Shown piece after piece: positions 59,946 through 64,000 of a stretch of DNA of 64,000 nucleotides. How positions within the stretch are numbered: the first letter of the stretch is position 1; each line of letters opens with the position of its first letter. This stretch comes from Eutreptiella sp. 'Long Island Sound 2002' (lineage: Eukaryota > Protista > Euglenida), in NCBI GenBank assembly GCA_964036045.1, contig OZ038378.1:168950001-169014000 (forward strand), in the 5' to 3' direction. A program made the position numbers and the translations under genes. Below the pieces are notes generated by a model. It had not been told where the DNA came from. It ran no database searches and saw only the letters and a program-made list of their open reading frames with translations.

Positions 59946-61789
59946 TAAGGTGCCCCCCTTGTGCCAACCCCCCCCCCCCTCACAACGACCTGCAACGTTT
60001 GTGCTTTCACCAGCAGGCGGTTGTTAGACAATCCTTTGAAGCAAAAAAGCGCCGTTTGACCAGGGGGTGGTTGTTGAACAATGCGGCCATTGCACAGGAA
60101 AAGGGGGGGGGGGGGCTTCAGCACTGACATGTATGGCTTTGCAATTGCACCCACCCCCCTTGAAAAGCACGGGCAAAGTCAGAAAAATGGCTTACAAACG
60201 GGCTTCCTTTGCTTAGACAAGGCCGTGCATGCACATTACTCAGGTACAACAACATAAAGTCATGGCATTGGGGCCGCCATTGGGTTGGCCAAGCAGAATG
60301 TTGTTCTGAATAGAAGGCACGGCCAGCGGCATGCCCTAGCCCCTGTTCCCCTCTACAAGCAGCACACGCCACGTCACGGTACAGTCCTACCATAAAACCG
60401 GGGTCGGAAAAACTCAGGAACACAACCCGTGCACAGACAAGGCCATGCATGCATAAGCGGTGGGGTGGGTGTCCCACGACCCACAAGGCGATGCCTCTTG
60501 TCCAACTCCGTCCTGATCCGCCTCAAAACAGTAGATTACTACGTGAGGAGCGGGTCCTCTATGGGGGCGTTTTTGCGCAGTGCCAATTATACGTTGTTTA
60601 TCCCGGAAACACCCCTGAAACCCACCCACCCACCCACCTACAGAAGGATGCATGATCAATTCAAAACAGCATGGGGTGCAGACTTCAGGACCCTTGGACC
60701 TGCGGCAAGCATCAGACCAAAAAAAATCCCTGGTGTACCAGCAGGGGCTGTAGGGTGCAGACCCTGGGACCCGTGGCTACCGGTGGTGGAAAACAGCCAA
60801 CTTTTCGCACAGCATGGGCACAGCGCAGGCACAGCACACGGTGCGCCCCCTATATGGGGCAGCTTGTCCAACAGCTCCAGCATCTCTGGCCTGCTCGCCA
60901 CCTCGTCTCTTGCTGTATTAGGGGTGTTGTTGCACGGTAAGCGCATGGTGCAGCACCTTTCTGATGTTTCTGGATATTTTACCAGGTGAAGAGGCCCACT
61001 GCAAACTGTTCCCAAATGCTTGTGGGTGGTCGCCAGAGGCCTTTGGATGATGCCTGGTGTTTCTTTCTGCATTGCAGGGGGATTTTTGTTCCCATCTTTT
61101 GAAAAAAATATTCCACAGCAGACATGTACTGATGCTTCTCAGATGTTTCTTGCCGGCGGCGCAACAGCCAATCTACCACCTCCTGCCAGTCCTCATCAGA
61201 AATATCAATCTTAACGGACTTGGCAGCTTGGTGCTTCTCCCGTTGATGCTCCCAAGCCAGTGCACTAGTCTTGGATGCGCGTTTAGAAGGGGGCCTTTGA
61301 GCTTGGAAGCGGGGAAAAAGCGGTGCCCATGAAAACACATATATTGAAACTTTGCACGGTGCGTGCACAGTGCGTGCAAATCCCTCATTCAGCTTCTCGT
61401 ACAAAATGCATCAGCCAATTCGGCCAAATGCTGCATGCCTGTCCTCACTGACACCCCCTGACGGCCCCACATGTAGCCTCCATTCAGATACGAGAAGACA
61501 TGCCTGACCATCCGCTCGAGAAGCATGCCTGACACACACATCACCCTCTTTCAAAGCACCACGGAATGACAACAGGACGTTTTTTAATGGGGAAAAAAAA
61601 GCTGGAGTGTCCGGTGGTCAGCCAAATCTGCACATTATGGACATTGCGGTTCCACCATTTTATCTTTAGTCTGCTGCAACCTGTATGTCCTGACATCCCC
61701 AGTTTTGCTCATTTTGACGACTGCTGTTTCACCAGCAATTTTTTTTTTTTGAGTCTGATGCAACCCATCCAGATGGTTACCCTCAAACC

Positions 61790-61905
61790 ACCGTTGGTTA
61801 CACACCAACTATCGATTACCCTCCAATCACCGCCGCTTACCCGCCAACCGCCGTCGGTTACCAGCCAACCACCATCGGTTACCCGCCAACCACCGCCGGT
61901 TACCC
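61790..61905. repeat. About 21-bp tandem repeat (ACCGCCGTCGGTTACCCGCCA-like)
   Basis: Directly visible; related ggcggttggcag motifs at about 9.7-10.2 kb. Confidence 0.75.
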
Positions 61906-64000
61906 TCCACGTTTTTTTAACTTCAAAAACGAAAAAAAATGTCCACTAAAAAATGACCTGAATGACAATTTCAGGGCACCATTCTCACCACATTCTTGTG
62001 CCTCTGCACATTCACGCCACTCCTGTGTCCTGCACATGTGAGCTTCTGTTGTGCCGGCACCGCAAGGCCCATTGTATAATGCTAAAATGTCCCGGGGGCC
62101 TCTTTGTTGGAGGAGCAACTGTGTGACTAGGGGATAGGGGCTAGTGGTCTGGTGTGGGAGAACTCTCTCCAGACTCACAACACGCAGCACATGCAACAGT
62201 GCAGTAAAAACCTGCCGCAGCACGCGGGATCGTGCTAATGCAGTCGTGGCAGGACGGGCTATGTACATCTAGAGAAGGAGGGTGAGGACCTCTTGCCCCC
62301 CTGAAGGATGGGCGTACAGATTGGGCTGGGCAGAGCAATGGCGATATGAAAACGACGGCGGTGGGGCTGGCGTCAGGGCTGTACATGATGTGATGGTGGT
62401 CATCTTCCTCTCCATGACCGAAAAATTCTCAGTCAATGACTTTCCCAGGCTCTACTGCAGCCCAATAAATGTCAAGGCATTGAGGGTAGTGCACTTTATG
62501 CCCGCAATTTCTTCAGTGGAGTGCAAAAAAAAAAGCGATCAATTGTTCAATGCCTCAAACTCTGCCGCCAGCCCCCACCCAATCTGCAGGCACCCGCATG
62601 TGCTGGAGGATCTGGAGCCGGTCCCCAGCAACAGGATGACCCCTCAATCCCATGGCACATCAATTTCGCGCGGGGAACCATGTCTGTGCACCGACTACCC
62701 CTTTTTTTTGGGGGGGGGGGAACAGCCCCCTTGCCTGTTTGTGGCCTGGGTATCGCATTTTTACGGTAGGAATGTTCAATGTTGAGCCCCCCAAAAAGTT
62801 CTTGGGTCCAAAACAACAGTTCAGAAGTTGAATGCCCCTCACCTACGGCGATGAAGACATTGGTTTGCAAATGCACGTGTTGCCCAGCAGACTGCAATCT
62901 GCCAAAAATTGGAAATTCACCAGAACTTGAGCCCAGTTTCTTGACATCTAACCCAATTTGAAGTGGCTAAATCCACAAATCCACTGGTGCAGTTGGTTTG
63001 GAACCAAAGTCGACAGTGTGTCGGAGAACAAGGCCCAAAATGGCCTAAAATGGGTCAGAAGCTGGTTGGTTCAGGAGGGTGCAGGCCGCAAAATTCACTG
63101 GGACGATAATCGTGCCTCCAAAGATGATGATGTCGTCAGGGATTGAACAGGAAAATTTACCCCCGGGCATTAGCTACACGTGTACCCCCCCCCCAAGGAA
63201 GTGGGGGACCTGACACCTGCCCTTGGTCTCACAGCCTCTTGGAGAGGATTTTTGGCATGTGCAGAACGGCCGCAGGACTGAAATCACTTGGGTGGGGGGA
63301 GGGGGGGGGGAGGGGGCTGCAAATGGGAGAAAACGAGGGACAGGCGGCGGTCGGGCTACTGGTTCAAGCTGGCACACCCCTGACGTCTGCGGCCTCTCGC
63401 TAGTCGAGCTCTCATGCTGGCTCTGACTGATGTTCGCCCCCGGAAAGTCACCGGACCACGCAGCACACTGCCCTACAGAACAGCGACTTGAGACATTCTT
63501 GGCTTGTCTCCTCCTTCGTGTGTCCTGCACAATGGGCACCAAACTCAGGAGTGGCAAATGCCCAGCGTCATGGAACAGCACCGACCAGGATTCCAGGATT
63601 CCAGATTCTGTATTCCCTCGAGAACACTCTGCAATCCCACTGTACAAACGAAGGGAGGGGGGGCCTGACGCCTTTTGGGCAGGCTTGAGGGAAGGAGACC
63701 AGGTATTTGCATGATGAACACTGCCTCACATCGAGTGCAACGTCTTGAACGTGCACAAATTGGCGGGGCGGCGGGCTGGCCAGTGTGAGCACCACGAAAG
63801 TACTCCACTCGCTAATCACACCGCCAACGCGGGTGGCGCCCGATCACACGCGGGCACATACCCTGTTCAACACTTATGTGCCCAGCCCCCGGGCAGCAGT
63901 GGCGCGTTCAGGAATGTATCACACACCCTAAGGCCAGGGCTCCAGCGGGCTAGTGGCCCCAAACCGAGGGGCAAGAGGCAAGAGGCAATCAGACCTCCCT

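Noticed and set aside
62200-62560. Ulp1-like peptidase or KDZ-type transposon accessory domain
   Set aside because: Only a faint resemblance, with no intact HW or Q..DCG catalytic motifs
1-64000. Spliced-leader RNA gene, rRNA, telomeric arrays, TnpB/Fanzor or intact transposase
   Set aside because: No matching sequence or motif was seen by eye on either strand; very diverged copies cannot be excluded without a search

Overview
Repeat-rich eukaryotic genomic DNA with kb-sized GT-AG introns, dozens of poly-G/poly-C runs, many microsatellites and transposon debris. It looks like a protist genome, probably a euglenid, but I cannot prove the taxon from sequence alone. Nearly all ORFs in the supplied track are shadows or repeat artefacts. 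Reading the minus strand and phasing exons by hand gives two spliced genes. (1) A calcyphosin-like multi-EF-hand protein with at least 14 exons from 25673 down to 3144, built from four duplicated modules. (2) A GCN5/IDM1-type GNAT acetyltransferase with core exons at 39244-35623 and candidate upstream exons reaching an ATG at 57463. Introns and intergenic DNA hold degenerate non-LTR retrotransposon fragments, several MITE-like and dispersed repeat families, an RNI-type LRR relic and a candidate tRNA-derived SINE head. There is also a 42-copy, indel-free 40-bp minisatellite at 48768-50462 and an unclassified element family bracketed by GCACTGCGT micro-arrays. I found no CRISPR array, Cas/TnpB/Fanzor gene, intact transposase or intact RT, and no convincing novel multi-gene system. 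The best leads are the unclassified element family, the 40-bp array and an in-frame TAG in an otherwise conserved calcyphosin linker exon.
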